The notes: a model not told the origin generated them from the letters alone. 64,000 nt of DNA from Clostridia bacterium (GCA_022797215.1 JAAWKD010000005.1:2198-66197); one strand, 5' to 3'. Shown: positions 51,728-60,614, numbered from the stretch's first letter. Numbers and translations are program-made.

Positions 51728-52552
51728 TTAATTAATAATTATACTTTCAAAAAATCTTTCTTGAAACTCTGTCAATACTCTAATTTCATCATTTGTATAT
51801 TTTTTATCTTTTGGTACTAAAATTAATTTATCATCATTATCATTTAATCTATGTATTATCGCTATACATTCTCCAGTAAAACTTTCTATTGGTTCAAAAA
51901 CTCCTAAAACATAGCAATCTAGTTCTTCTCTATCTCCACTTATTGTATTTGGTATATATCCATAATTAATAGGATATATAAATCCATATTCTGGATGCTT
52001 TGAACCCATTTGCCTATCAATTTTTGCTGTAATTATTTTCCCTATGTATGAGTTTATATCAATTTTGTTTATATCTTTTAAATATAAAGTATATTCACAA
52101 GAATCAAATTCATCTCCATGTCCTTTATCTATTGCATTCGTAAATCCTAGTTTAAAATATATATGCTTTGCTATTTTATTGTCATCTTCTACACCTATTG
52201 TAAATTCTATATATCCTATATTAGTTAAATAATCTATGCAATAATTTATTAATTTTTGTCCTAAATCTCGTCCTTGATATTTTTTATCTACTCTAAATGC
52301 TTCTAAATATACTCTTTTATTTGGTATTGTTTCTGTTTCTAATTGATGGCTTTTATAATTGACAGTTAATTCTCCAATAATATCTTTGTTATCTTCAATC
52401 ACAAATACATCTATTTCTTGTTTTTGAAATTGTTGTAATCTCTTATTTTTATACTTAAGCCACATTTCTTCATTATCTGGAAACAACTTTTTTAATTTTT
52501 CAAATTCTTCTATTTTTATTTTTTTTAATTCCATTATTTCTCCAATCTTCAC
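51728..52552 (-). CDS. GNAT N-acetyltransferase fused to a family-I inorganic pyrophosphatase-like domain
   Basis: GNAT motif A (VDKKYQGRDLGQKLINY) in the N-terminal half. C-terminal YPINYGYIPNTISGDREELDCYVLG resembles the PPase signature YPHNYGFIPQT..DGDP.DVLVL. Confidence 0.55.
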   Translation of the reverse strand: MKIGEIMELKKIKIEEFEKLKKLFPDNEEMWLKYKNKRLQQFQKQEIDVFVIEDNKDIIGELTVNYKSHQLETETIPNKRVYLEAFRVDKKYQGRDLGQKLINYCIDYLTNIGYIEFTIGVEDDNKIAKHIYFKLGFTNAIDKGHGDEFDSCEYTLYLKDINKIDINSYIGKIITAKIDRQMGSKHPEYGFIYPINYGYIPNTISGDREELDCYVLGVFEPIESFTGECIAIIHRLNDNDDKLILVPKDKKYTNDEIRVLTEFQERFFESIIIN

Positions 52553-52654
52553 TATATCTAGTAATTCACTTTATTTATATCACAAATTAACATTTTTTCA
52601 TAGTGTTTTGCTAATATTTACAAAACATATTTATCCTTACATTTGCTTAATTGC

Positions 52655-52735
52655 ACACAAAATCTCCAATAGAAATAATGTCAAGAGCGAACAAAGTGAG
52701 TTTATTTTACTCTTGATATTATTTCTATTGGAGAT
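52655..52735. repeat. long hairpin: 25-bp inverted repeat (1 mismatch) with a 27-nt loop
   Basis: tctccaatagaaataatgtcaagag ... ctcttgatattatttctattggaga, inside a ~600-bp non-coding stretch between the 5.7-kb module and the prophage lysogeny region. Confidence 0.6.
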
Positions 52736-53160
52736 TAAAATTGGTATGCAAATGTATGACACGGATTTTTTTGAATTTTCGTGATATAAAAATTCATAGC
52801 ACGAATTTCCTCAATTTTTCGTTCTATAAAAAATAAGCATCAGCACATATCTACTGACACCCATTTAATAAAGATTCTCTATAACTCATTTTAATAAATT
52901 CTTTCTAACACTTGAAATACTTAACTTTTCTTTGTATCTACTTACCAGTACAACCTATACCTGTTATGCCTACCATAGACACAATCGTAACTTATCTAGT
53001 ATTTCAAACACTTTGCTCAATTTTCCAAAAATTAATTTATGTGTTTCCACTTACCACCTAAGCAACTACTTTAACTTTCACACCCAAATTTTGATGTTTT
53101 TCTTTCCCAAATCTGCCTTTCTCCTCAAAAGTTATAATCTCTGAAACTATATCAAAATCA

Positions 53161-53213
53161 AGTATTACATATCTTATTTTAGTTGTAGCACTGCTACACA
53201 CTCCACGTGACTT
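53161..53213. repeat. 53-bp repeat copy B (candidate attachment site) with the dyad TGTAGC-ACT-GCTACA
   Basis: Direct repeat of 47535..47587. The mismatches include the central base of the dyad. Confidence 0.6.
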
Positions 53214-53340
53214 GTAAATTAGACTAATTTAACTTACTTTATTTTATCATATCTTATCATATCGTTGTATAACAATAATATCAGCATCTTGCAAGAAACT
53301 GTTTATTATATTTTATTTTAATTTAACTTTTTATATTTTA

Positions 53341-53513
53341 TTATAACTTATGTATAGTTGACAAATCGTTGACATTGTCAACATTGCTGTTATAATTAAA
53401 ACCTTCCAATATCCCTCTTCTATAAACTTCACAGGAATACTTATTTAATATTTTTGCAATTATCCTATATAGCAATTTGTCCTCTTTATAAAATATAGTT
53501 ATTTTGCATCTCA
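53341..53513 (-). CDS. small hypothetical phage ORF (57 aa)
   Basis: Strong RBS AGGAGG 7 nt before the ATG. Its 3' end overlaps the operator-like palindrome GTTGACAttgTCAAC and an apparent TTGACA-16 nt-TATAAT promoter on the + strand (53360-53400). Confidence 0.3.
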
Positions 53514-53662
53514 TAAATATTTCCTCCTAATTATATTTCAGAGATATCTCTTATCTATATTTTACCATATTATGTAAATAAAAATAACTATACGCAAAGT
53601 TAGGTACAAAGTTTCATTCCTATTGATATATCTATAATACAAAATTCGACATTTTTTGACTT

Positions 53663-53848
53663 TCAAGTTAAATCTTTAATCAATTTGTCCATATATTCAC
53701 TTGTTGGATCTACTATACTATTTATCTCTGCTTTTTTTGTTCTTATATACTCTGCTGCTTCCATATATTCTTCTTTGTCTAAATAATTGCTTATTTCATT
53801 CAATATATTTAGTACATCTGCATTTTTCATTACTATACCCTCTTCCAC
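53663..53848 (-). CDS. small hypothetical phage protein (61 aa)
   Basis: ORF with the RBS GGAAGAGGG. No domain. Confidence 0.4.
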   Translation of the reverse strand: MEEGIVMKNADVLNILNEISNYLDKEEYMEAAEYIRTKKAEINSIVDPTSEYMDKLIKDLT

Positions 53849-53979
53849 CTTAATCTAAATATATTATAACACAAATATCTCTATTTCAATATAGTTATTT
53901 GCATTTTAAGTCAAATTGCGGAGAGTTAATTTTTTTGTTGCTTTACTATAAAATAGTTATATTATAAGGAGGTGGTAAC

Positions 53980-54198
53980 ATGATTCAAGTAAATGTTAAA
54001 GAATTATTAAAAAAACAAAAGAGAAGTAAGTATTGGTTTGTGAAAAATATGGAGGGTGGTTATCAGGCTCTTACACGACTAATGGAAAATCAAACAAGTA
54101 GCATTCGTTTCGACACTCTTGAAAAAATGTGTGATTTGTTTGATTGTGAGATTGGCGAAATTATTGTTAGAAAGAAAGGAAATAAAAAACATGAGTAA
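53980..54198 (+). CDS. XRE/Cro-type HTH regulator (72 aa)
   Basis: RBS AAGGAGG. ...SKYWFVKNMEGGYQALTRLMENQTSSIRFDTLEKMCDLFDCEIGEI helix-turn-helix. Confidence 0.7.
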   Translation: MIQVNVKELLKKQKRSKYWFVKNMEGGYQALTRLMENQTSSIRFDTLEKMCDLFDCEIGEIIVRKKGNKKHE

Positions 54199-54574
54199 AC
54201 TAATGAAGCAATATGAAGAACTAAAGAAAAAGGATCCTGAAAAAATATACATATTCAAAGTAGGGATTTTTTATAATATATTAAACGAAGATGCAAGATT
54301 AGTTTCTAAAGAAATTGGTTTGAAGCTAACCGATTTAAGTCCTGAAATAGTTAAGTGTGGTTTCCCACTTTCTACCCTTGGGAAATACACCGAATTACTA
54401 TCAGAGCATAACATTAATTTTGAGGTTGTTCCTAATCTAACACCTTCTAATCAAAATACTTCTTATGATCAAATTATCAAAAAAATTAAAAGTATTGATT
54501 TGAATAATACAACTTGTAAGGAAGCATTTGATATACTTTATAATATACAACAAAAATTGAATAATATGCAATAG
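54192..54574 (+). CDS. MutS domain-I (mismatch-binding domain)-like small protein (127 aa)
   Basis: MSKLMKQYEELKKKDPEKIYIFKVGIFYNILNEDARLVSKEIGLKLTDL...PEIVKCGFPLSTLGKYTELL aligns with the MutS N-terminus ([31 protein letters not shown]...GVPYHA..YL.KL). It stops after domain I. RBS AAGGAAA. Confidence 0.6.
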
Positions 54575-54596
54575 AGGAGTTTTGCTCCTCTATTTT

Positions 54597-55571
54597 CTAT
54601 TGTACATCTGACTTATATACCCAAGACATGATTTCTTTTAGTAATACTCCATTAGGATGTGTATTTCCACTTCCTACTTGCATAATCGTATATGTCTTGC
54701 CTTTTACATAGTTTGGTATTGTTTGTCCTGTGCAATATTTATTTGCACTTGCCTTTAATGTTACTCTCTGACCTTTACTAAAACTAGTAGCTGTATTTGT
54801 TGTACTTGGTTGAGCTGTTCCACTTACTCTGCTTGTATAATCTAAGCAAATCCATCCTGCCCCTGACTTTAATTTTCCCCAATTTCCATATGTTTCTACT
54901 ATTGTATATGTACCTTTATCTCTAATACATCCTACAATTGGATTATTGGTTCCTGCTCCACTTCTAATGTTTAATGCATCTGCAGTAACTTTTACAAGAT
55001 AACTATTTGTTGTATTAGCTACTACATTTTCATTGTTAGAACTTCCTTGACCATTTATTTTATTGGCCTGTTCTACAATATAATCCATTTTTGATAATAA
55101 ATATCTGCCTGGACAATTTGTATTAGCATACATAGAGTGCCATACTACATTCTTTCCTTTTACAAGGGTTCCTAGTCCATTTCTTCTTGCTATATCTGCT
55201 ACTAATTCTATGAGTTTATTCAATACTTTATCTGAAACAGGATAATCTCCACCAATAGAACTATTTGATGTTTCTATGGTTACTGATTTACAATTACTAT
55301 CCCAATTTGAATTACACCATGATGTATTTGCTTCATCTACATATAATCCAACATCGGCATCTTTTCCTATTCCATAATTACTTGAGCCTTTTCTTCCTAC
55401 TCTTTGGAATATTCCTCCGCATTGTTTTGCAGTCAATACTCCTGCCATGTGGTGTATAGCAATCATTTCAATTTTTCTTCCGCTTCTTCCTACACTATAA
55501 TTACTAGAATGTGCAGGTACATTTACAGTTACTAAATTTGAATTACTCATCGCTTTCTTCTCCTTTCCCAT
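54597..55571 (-). CDS. phage endolysin: N-acetylmuramoyl-L-alanine amidase (Amidase_2/PGRP) with two SH3b cell-wall-binding domains
   Basis: IHHMAG...(Zn ligands), CPGRYLL, then repeats YLVKVTADALNIRSGAG / TYTIMQVGSGNT. Confidence 0.85.
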   Translation of the reverse strand: MGKEKKAMSNSNLVTVNVPAHSSNYSVGRSGRKIEMIAIHHMAGVLTAKQCGGIFQRVGRKGSSNYGIGKDADVGLYVDEANTSWCNSNWDSNCKSVTIETSNSSIGGDYPVSDKVLNKLIELVADIARRNGLGTLVKGKNVVWHSMYANTNCPGRYLLSKMDYIVEQANKINGQGSSNNENVVANTTNSYLVKVTADALNIRSGAGTNNPIVGCIRDKGTYTIVETYGNWGKLKSGAGWICLDYTSRVSGTAQPSTTNTATSFSKGQRVTLKASANKYCTGQTIPNYVKGKTYTIMQVGSGNTHPNGVLLKEIMSWVYKSDVQ

Positions 55572-55724
55572 TTGAAAATTCTTCTTCCATTTCTGGTGTT
55601 AATACAATTTCTTCTTCGTTTTCTTCCATGCTTGAAAACCTCCTTATAAAAAAATTAATACTGGAAGATTTTTTATTTTTCTTCTAGCATCTAAGAAATA
55701 CAAGAATTTGTTTCTTGTATTAAA

Positions 55725-55979
55725 TTATTGATTTTTTGCATCATATAATACAGTAGCAGTTCCAACTCCACCAATAGCAGTTATAACGGCTTGTATTATA
55801 CTATTAGCATCTAGTCCTTCAATGTGAATTAATATTCCTATTCCTGCTGCTATAAATCCTATTATAATGTTTTGTATTGGGATAGGTAATGTATAATTCC
55901 ATTCAAAGTGTTTTGATATTATTCCCATTATGTAAGTAAAGAATGTTGTAATAATATAAACTAATACTTGTATTGTCAT
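55725..55979 (-). CDS. phage holin (84 aa, 2-3 TM)
   Basis: Small, hydrophobic, with a charged C-terminus, directly upstream of the endolysin. Confidence 0.7.
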   Translation of the reverse strand: MTIQVLVYIITTFFTYIMGIISKHFEWNYTLPIPIQNIIIGFIAAGIGILIHIEGLDANSIIQAVITAIGGVGTATVLYDAKNQ

Positions 55980-56344
55980 GACTTATTTCCTCCTTTCATA
56001 TATTTTTCCCAACTATCATGTATGTAGGTGTTTAAATGCAAATCATTTCGATAATGGTCATATACTTCTGTGGCTCTTTGAATTTGTATATCACTTTTAG
56101 GGATTCCATTTTTAACATCTTCTAGAAATTCTGTTAGGTAATTTTTACATTGATTCTTATCTAATTTATCTATTCTATCATCGATAGTTCCTAGTTTATC
56201 ATTAATTGGTTTTAGTACTTCTTTGAATTTTTTATCTACTGTGGCATCAATAGGCTTTTTAACCTTAGTAATAAAACTTGCTATTGCTATTAATGCATTT
56301 AGAAAAGTTGCTACCGAAATAACAATTACTGATATATATTCCAC
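55976..56344 (-). CDS. XhlA-like phage membrane/lysis-associated protein
   Basis: N-terminal TM then coiled coil, 122 aa. Overlaps the holin start. Confidence 0.45.
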   Translation of the reverse strand: MEYISVIVISVATFLNALIAIASFITKVKKPIDATVDKKFKEVLKPINDKLGTIDDRIDKLDKNQCKNYLTEFLEDVKNGIPKSDIQIQRATEVYDHYRNDLHLNTYIHDSWEKYMKGGNKS

Positions 56345-56445
56345 TTGTTTTCCTCCTCTCTTGTAAATTATTCATATTTAACGCAAAAAAATAACGCCTT
56401 AGAGCGTTTTATTTTTGTATTATACATTCTTTATCATTAGAATTA

Positions 56446-56596
56446 TTTAAGGCTTAGAAACTGAATTATAAACTTCTCCTGTTATCTCTTTGTATTCCTC
56501 TTCTGTTATCCATTTACCAACTGCATTATATACTCTTGCTTGGTTCCATACTTGCGTATCGTAATATTTTTTGACTTTTTCAAAATTTTTACTCAT
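56446..56596 (-). CDS. XkdX-family phage protein (about 50 aa)
   Basis: MSKNFEKVKKYYDTQVWNQARVYNAVGKWITEEEYKEITGE matches the XkdX consensus. It is followed by the terminator hairpin at 56345-56390. Confidence 0.65.
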
Positions 56597-56599
56597 GAT

Positions 56600-56926
56600 C
56601 TATTCCTCCTCCATATCAATGTCTGCCATCATTGCTAGATATTCTATATCTGCTCTTGTTTTCATCTTTTCTAGTTCTTCTTGTGATACTTCTCTTAATA
56701 CGAAGTAATATCCATCTTCATAATGGGCTACTTGTACTAATTCCATTTGGTTGCATTCTTGATTAAATGTATTTCCATTTACTTCTCCTTCAAACTTTAC
56801 CTTTGATAATTTTCCTTTGAAAATATCCTCTGTAATTTCTGTTTCTGATACAAAATTGTTACCATTTAATCTAAGATCTGTAAGTTGCGTTCCATCAGAT
56901 AGCGTAATTTTCCATGATTTTTCCAT
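56600..56926 (-). CDS. XkdW-like phage protein
   Basis: 108 aa. Strong RBS AGGAGGAAGG. Its start overlaps the RT 3' end by 61 nt. Confidence 0.5.
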   Translation of the reverse strand: MEKSWKITLSDGTQLTDLRLNGNNFVSETEITEDIFKGKLSKVKFEGEVNGNTFNQECNQMELVQVAHYEDGYYFVLREVSQEELEKMKTRADIEYLAMMADIDMEEE

Positions 56927-57990
56927 GTTACCTTCCTCCTAAATAAATTATAATATAATTGTGACATATTTGTTATTTGTTGCATTGACATATTTTTATA
57001 ATTACTAGACATCCATGATTTGAATATATTTTCTATTTCTTCATAAGTTAACCTTTTTTGTTCTAGTAATCTTTTATATGCTTTTAGCTTTCTGCGTTCT
57101 CGAGTAATTGATTTTGGATGTATTTTTCTAACTACTCGACCTGTTTCTGTTAGTTTATATTGTAACTGTAAAATCCTAAATGTTTGAGATAATTTACATA
57201 GATGTGTTTTTTTAGGGTTTATTATTAATCCTAATTCATTTGCAATTTGTTGTATTTCTTTTAGTAATTGTTTTAGGAATTCTTTGCTTTCATGAATTAT
57301 ATACATATCATCTGTATATCTTCCATAATGTTTAACTCCCTTAACTATTTTTATATAGTTATCTATTCTTGCTGGGTATGCAATTCCTATATTTTGACTC
57401 GGTTGGCTTCCTATGTCTACTCCTCTTCTATTTTTATTATCTATATTAAATATTTCAAATATATTTTTTAGGATCCACAATGTAATTTGTGCCTCTTCTT
57501 TATCAGCTTTTTTCAAAAATTGTTGTAAATTTTCCAGACACAAATCATGAGGAATACTTGCGTAATAACCGCTAAAATCTATTAGCAGTATGTATCCCTC
57601 ATTATTTTTATGTTGTCTATAATATTGGTGTAAATGTATTTCTAATCTTTTTCTATGAAATGCTACACCTTTTCCTGTTTGACTTGCTCCATTATCATAT
57701 ATAAGGTAAGGTTTAATAGCTGGACTTAAAACATTATCACACATCAAATGATTTACTGTTTTGTCAATCATATTATTAGTAGTAATATGTCTTATTTTTC
57801 CTCTCTCTTTTATTGTAAATTTTCTACCCTTTGTTGGTTTATATGTTTTTTCTTTCATTGCTTTTTGTAATTCTGCAGTTAATAACAATTGGTTCATTTC
57901 AAAAAGCTGTGTTTGTTGTTTAAAAGGTGCCGCTTTTATTGACTTTGTTCCAGCTTCATATATTTTATTAGCATCACAAAAAATATTCAT
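56866..57990 (-). CDS. diversity-generating retroelement reverse transcriptase
   Basis: RT motifs LLIDFSGYYASIPHD (motif A), GVDIGSQPSQNIGIAY (DGR IGxxxSQ signature) and GRYTDDMYIIH (YxDD). 374 aa. A cognate TR lies immediately upstream. Confidence 0.9.
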   Translation of the reverse strand: MNIFCDANKIYEAGTKSIKAAPFKQQTQLFEMNQLLLTAELQKAMKEKTYKPTKGRKFTIKERGKIRHITTNNMIDKTVNHLMCDNVLSPAIKPYLIYDNGASQTGKGVAFHRKRLEIHLHQYYRQHKNNEGYILLIDFSGYYASIPHDLCLENLQQFLKKADKEEAQITLWILKNIFEIFNIDNKNRRGVDIGSQPSQNIGIAYPARIDNYIKIVKGVKHYGRYTDDMYIIHESKEFLKQLLKEIQQIANELGLIINPKKTHLCKLSQTFRILQLQYKLTETGRVVRKIHPKSITRERRKLKAYKRLLEQKRLTYEEIENIFKSWMSSNYKNMSMQQITNMSQLYYNLFRRKVTWKNHGKLRYLMERNLQILD

Positions 57991-58138
57991 AAATCACTTT
58001 TATAGTATTACTGATCGTAATCAAATACATAATGATTATCATTTATCAATTTTCACAAATTGAAGGGATAGTCTTTCCTTTCCTTTTCCCATTGCCATAC
58101 TTGTGGAAACTTAGCCCACTTTATTGTTGCATGGTTGT

Positions 58139-58233
58139 GAAATCAGGGCGAACGCCGTTCGAGTTGGAAGCACTGTTACTGTTCGCATTACCGTTGTTGT
58201 TCACATTAGCGAAGTTCGAAGAAGAAACAACAT
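58139..58233 (-). repeat. DGR template repeat (TR), 95 bp
   Basis: Identical to the VR except at 15 positions, all of which are A on the coding (minus) strand. In the VR frame it encodes ...NFANVNNNGNANSNSASNSNGVRPDF, an AAC-rich stretch. Confidence 0.9.
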
Positions 58234-58247
58234 ACAAAGAATACCCA

Positions 58248-58760
58248 CTATTTTTTTATATTTTTAAGAAATCTATTGTCAGATTGTCTGAGAGCCTTTA
58301 TCATATTGAATTCTTTTTGAATTCCTAATACTAAATTCGTATATTTATTAAGATCAGCATATAAACATTCTCCAATATATTGTAATTCGTCTTGCAAAGC
58401 ATTACAGCAAGCCATGGCTCTATCCATCTCTATTCTTCTTTCTTCAAATTCAGACATATAGGTAGGAAATATCGTATTTGCTATTCGCAAATGCTCACTT
58501 ATTCCACAAGCAAGTTCAATTACTCTATTTGTTGAACGATTTATTTGCTGCTTAAAGTAATCATAGGTTCTTTCCTTAATTCTTTTCTTATCATCATCTG
58601 GAAACAATTTTATTTTTTCTGCAATAATATTTTCTATCTTTGCTTCACTTATATAAAAATTATTTTCTGCTAATTTTGTTACCGCCCTTCTTATTGCATA
58701 TGCGTTGTGTATCGTTTCTAATTTTGATTCTTTTCTATTACTCTTTTTTATATCTGACAT
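58248..58760 (-). CDS. DGR accessory variability determinant (Avd)-like protein
   Basis: 170-aa basic helical protein sitting between the VR and the TR, the canonical Avd position. Confidence 0.55.
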   Translation of the reverse strand: MSDIKKSNRKESKLETIHNAYAIRRAVTKLAENNFYISEAKIENIIAEKIKLFPDDDKKRIKERTYDYFKQQINRSTNRVIELACGISEHLRIANTIFPTYMSEFEERRIEMDRAMACCNALQDELQYIGECLYADLNKYTNLVLGIQKEFNMIKALRQSDNRFLKNIKK

Positions 58761-58807
58761 TAGCTAATAATACTATTTTTCTCCTTCCTTATGTTCTCTA
58801 TTCTTTT

Positions 58808-58832
58808 CCTCAGGGCATAAAGCCCTGAGGAT
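58808..58832 (-). other. hairpin immediately downstream of the VR/IMH (DGR homing-enhancing stem-loop)
   Basis: cctcagggc-ataaa-gccctgagg, a 9-bp GC-rich perfect stem 7 nt past the target-gene stop. Confidence 0.6.
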
Positions 58833-58838
58833 GTATGA

Positions 58839-59681
58839 TTAATGGATTAGGAAAGCAGGGCGAACGCCGCCCGAGTCGGAAGCACTGCCACTGGACGCAT
58901 AACCGCCGTTGCCCACACCAGCGAAGTTCGAAGAAGAAACAACATCTCTTAACCAATACCAATATCTTTGCCCTGCATCGTTTAATACAATTATTGTTTC
59001 TGGTTTTAATTTGAATAAAGATAATTGTGATTTGTTATTTCCTGTCTCATATCCATGATGAGCTCCCCATGCATTGTGTCCATAAACCATACTTTCACTC
59101 ATTAACTCTACAGTCGTTTCATACCATGCCCACGCACTTGACTTGCCATCTGTAACTGCATTTGTCAATACATCTTGATGACTAAGAATATGATTTGTTT
59201 CAAAATCATTTTGTATTATTGTTTTAAATGGTATCAAATATTCCGTATGCATCTTACTTCCCTCATAAGCCCCTGTTGTAATATTAGTATCATTCATTTT
59301 AGCTGTTCCCATTATTCTTTCTGGTACCATCAAAACATGAGGTGTGGTACATTCTATGTCTCCACAATGTAGCCTATAATTAAGGTCAGCTACTATGTAT
59401 TTTCTATTGCTTACCTTTCCTATAATATAATCTCCTATGAAGATATCATCGAATGTTCCTGCTGCAATTTGTTCTGATAGTGTGCCATCATAAAACAAGC
59501 TAGTTATGTTCTTTCCTCTGTATATCCCATTATGTGCTGCTGCACTTTTAGGAATAATACTCTTAAGTAATGTTCCAAATGTGATTTTTTTAGTTTCTCC
59601 ATTTCCTAAATCGACCATACAGACTATGTCTGTTTCTTTAGCATCTGTTGCTTCTGTTAAGTCCGATATTTTCTTAATCAT
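58839..59681 (-). CDS. DGR target protein (phage receptor-binding/tail-fibre-like protein with C-terminal variable CLec-like region)
   Basis: 280 aa. The C-terminal ...NFAGVGNGGYASSGSASDSGGVRPAFLIH is encoded by the VR, and the VR ends 10 nt before the stop. Confidence 0.8.
   Translation of the reverse strand: MIKKISDLTEATDAKETDIVCMVDLGNGETKKITFGTLLKSIIPKSAAAHNGIYRGKNITSLFYDGTLSEQIAAGTFDDIFIGDYIIGKVSNRKYIVADLNYRLHCGDIECTTPHVLMVPERIMGTAKMNDTNITTGAYEGSKMHTEYLIPFKTIIQNDFETNHILSHQDVLTNAVTDGKSSAWAWYETTVELMSESMVYGHNAWGAHHGYETGNNKSQLSLFKLKPETIIVLNDAGQRYWYWLRDVVSSSNFAGVGNGGYASSGSASDSGGVRPAFLIH
58851..58945 (-). repeat. DGR variable repeat (VR), 95 bp
   Basis: 80/95 identical to the TR. TR A becomes G/C/T at 15 sites (AAC codons become GGC, GGT, TAT, TCC, GAC, GCT). 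The GC-rich 3' end CGGCGTTCGCCCTGC is conserved (IMH-like). Confidence 0.9.
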
Positions 59682-59768
59682 ACTTTTTTCCTCCTATAAA
59701 ATAACATATTTTTCAAAATAAAATAACTTTCTTGAAGTATAGCTTCTTTCTAGTACATTTATTTTCAT

Positions 59769-60614
59769 TTATAACCCTGTTACTATGTATTCTCCTGATT
59801 CTGTTGCTAGTATTTCTCCATTTTGTGTCATAATTGGTCTAATTGCTTCCATTAGTAATTGGTTTAAGTTGTCTACTTCAAGTTGTAATTTTCCTGCAGC
59901 GTCCTCCGATAATTGATCCTTCATTTGATTGAACCATGTTCCAAATGCTTGCTCTTCTTGAGCAAAGAAACTTGCCATTGTATTTTTGAATTCTTCAAAA
60001 TACTCATCATGTTCCGCTTCTTGATCATCATAATATTTTTGGTATGCTGCTTGCCATTGTGCATATAATGTTGATGTGTCTACTTGATATATTAAACTTG
60101 TAATCCAAGGACACTCATTGCTTCCTCTGTAGTCTGTTATTAAGTCTTGTGTAACTTTTACACATGAAGGGCTTATTCTAATATCGGCAATTCTCAATTC
60201 GAATATATCTTCATCTGTGTTAATCTCTGGATGCACAGGATTACTTGAAGCAGAACCTTGCCTATACACTATACTTCCTACTCTTCCTGCTTGTGTTCTA
60301 TCAACTTGTGCGATTATACTGTCTATTCTAGGCAAGACCTCTGAATTTTGTGATATAGTTATTGTCAAATCGCTTGGATTTTCGAACCACTTATCCCCAA
60401 TAATAGCATCGCCCTTTGAAACGATTATATTCATTCCGTTATTTGCTGTAAAAACTTGCAAATCATCTGATGCTGTTCCTTTTGGAGTTGCAAAAACACC
60501 ATTACTGATCAGTTTCCTGTATGGTCTATTCATATCATCTGCTGAATATGCCCTGTCCTCATTAATTGCATTAAAAAATCCAGCATTTACTGGATATTTT
60601 ACATCATCTGCCAT
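59769..60614 (-). CDS. phage tail/receptor-binding associated protein
   Basis: 281 aa, between the Gp37-like tail protein and the DGR target. No named domain. Confidence 0.5.
   Translation of the reverse strand: MADDVKYPVNAGFFNAINEDRAYSADDMNRPYRKLISNGVFATPKGTASDDLQVFTANNGMNIIVSKGDAIIGDKWFENPSDLTITISQNSEVLPRIDSIIAQVDRTQAGRVGSIVYRQGSASSNPVHPEINTDEDIFELRIADIRISPSCVKVTQDLITDYRGSNECPWITSLIYQVDTSTLYAQWQAAYQKYYDDQEAEHDEYFEEFKNTMASFFAQEEQAFGTWFNQMKDQLSEDAAGKLQLEVDNLNQLLMEAIRPIMTQNGEILATESGEYIVTGL

Larger units (their letters stand above)
47535..53213. mobile_element. 5.7-kb repeat-bounded module carrying a large serine recombinase and cargo (iterons, nuclease-like protein, MTase, GNAT-PPase)
   Basis: Flanked by 53-bp direct repeats that have internal dyad symmetry, with the recombinase gene abutting repeat A. 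Confidence 0.5.

Noticed and set aside
56866-56926. 61-nt overlap of the RT 3' end with the XkdW-like gene as a further frameshift
   Set aside because: There is no CGG or other obvious slip site. The XkdW-like gene has a strong RBS and ATG at 56926, so genuine overlap is more likely.
56866-57990. RT as a group II intron or retron RT
   Set aside because: There is no intron RNA domain, no maturase/En domains and no msr-msd inverted repeats. The IGxxxSQ motif plus the adjacent TR/VR pair with A-specific mismatches fix it as a DGR RT.
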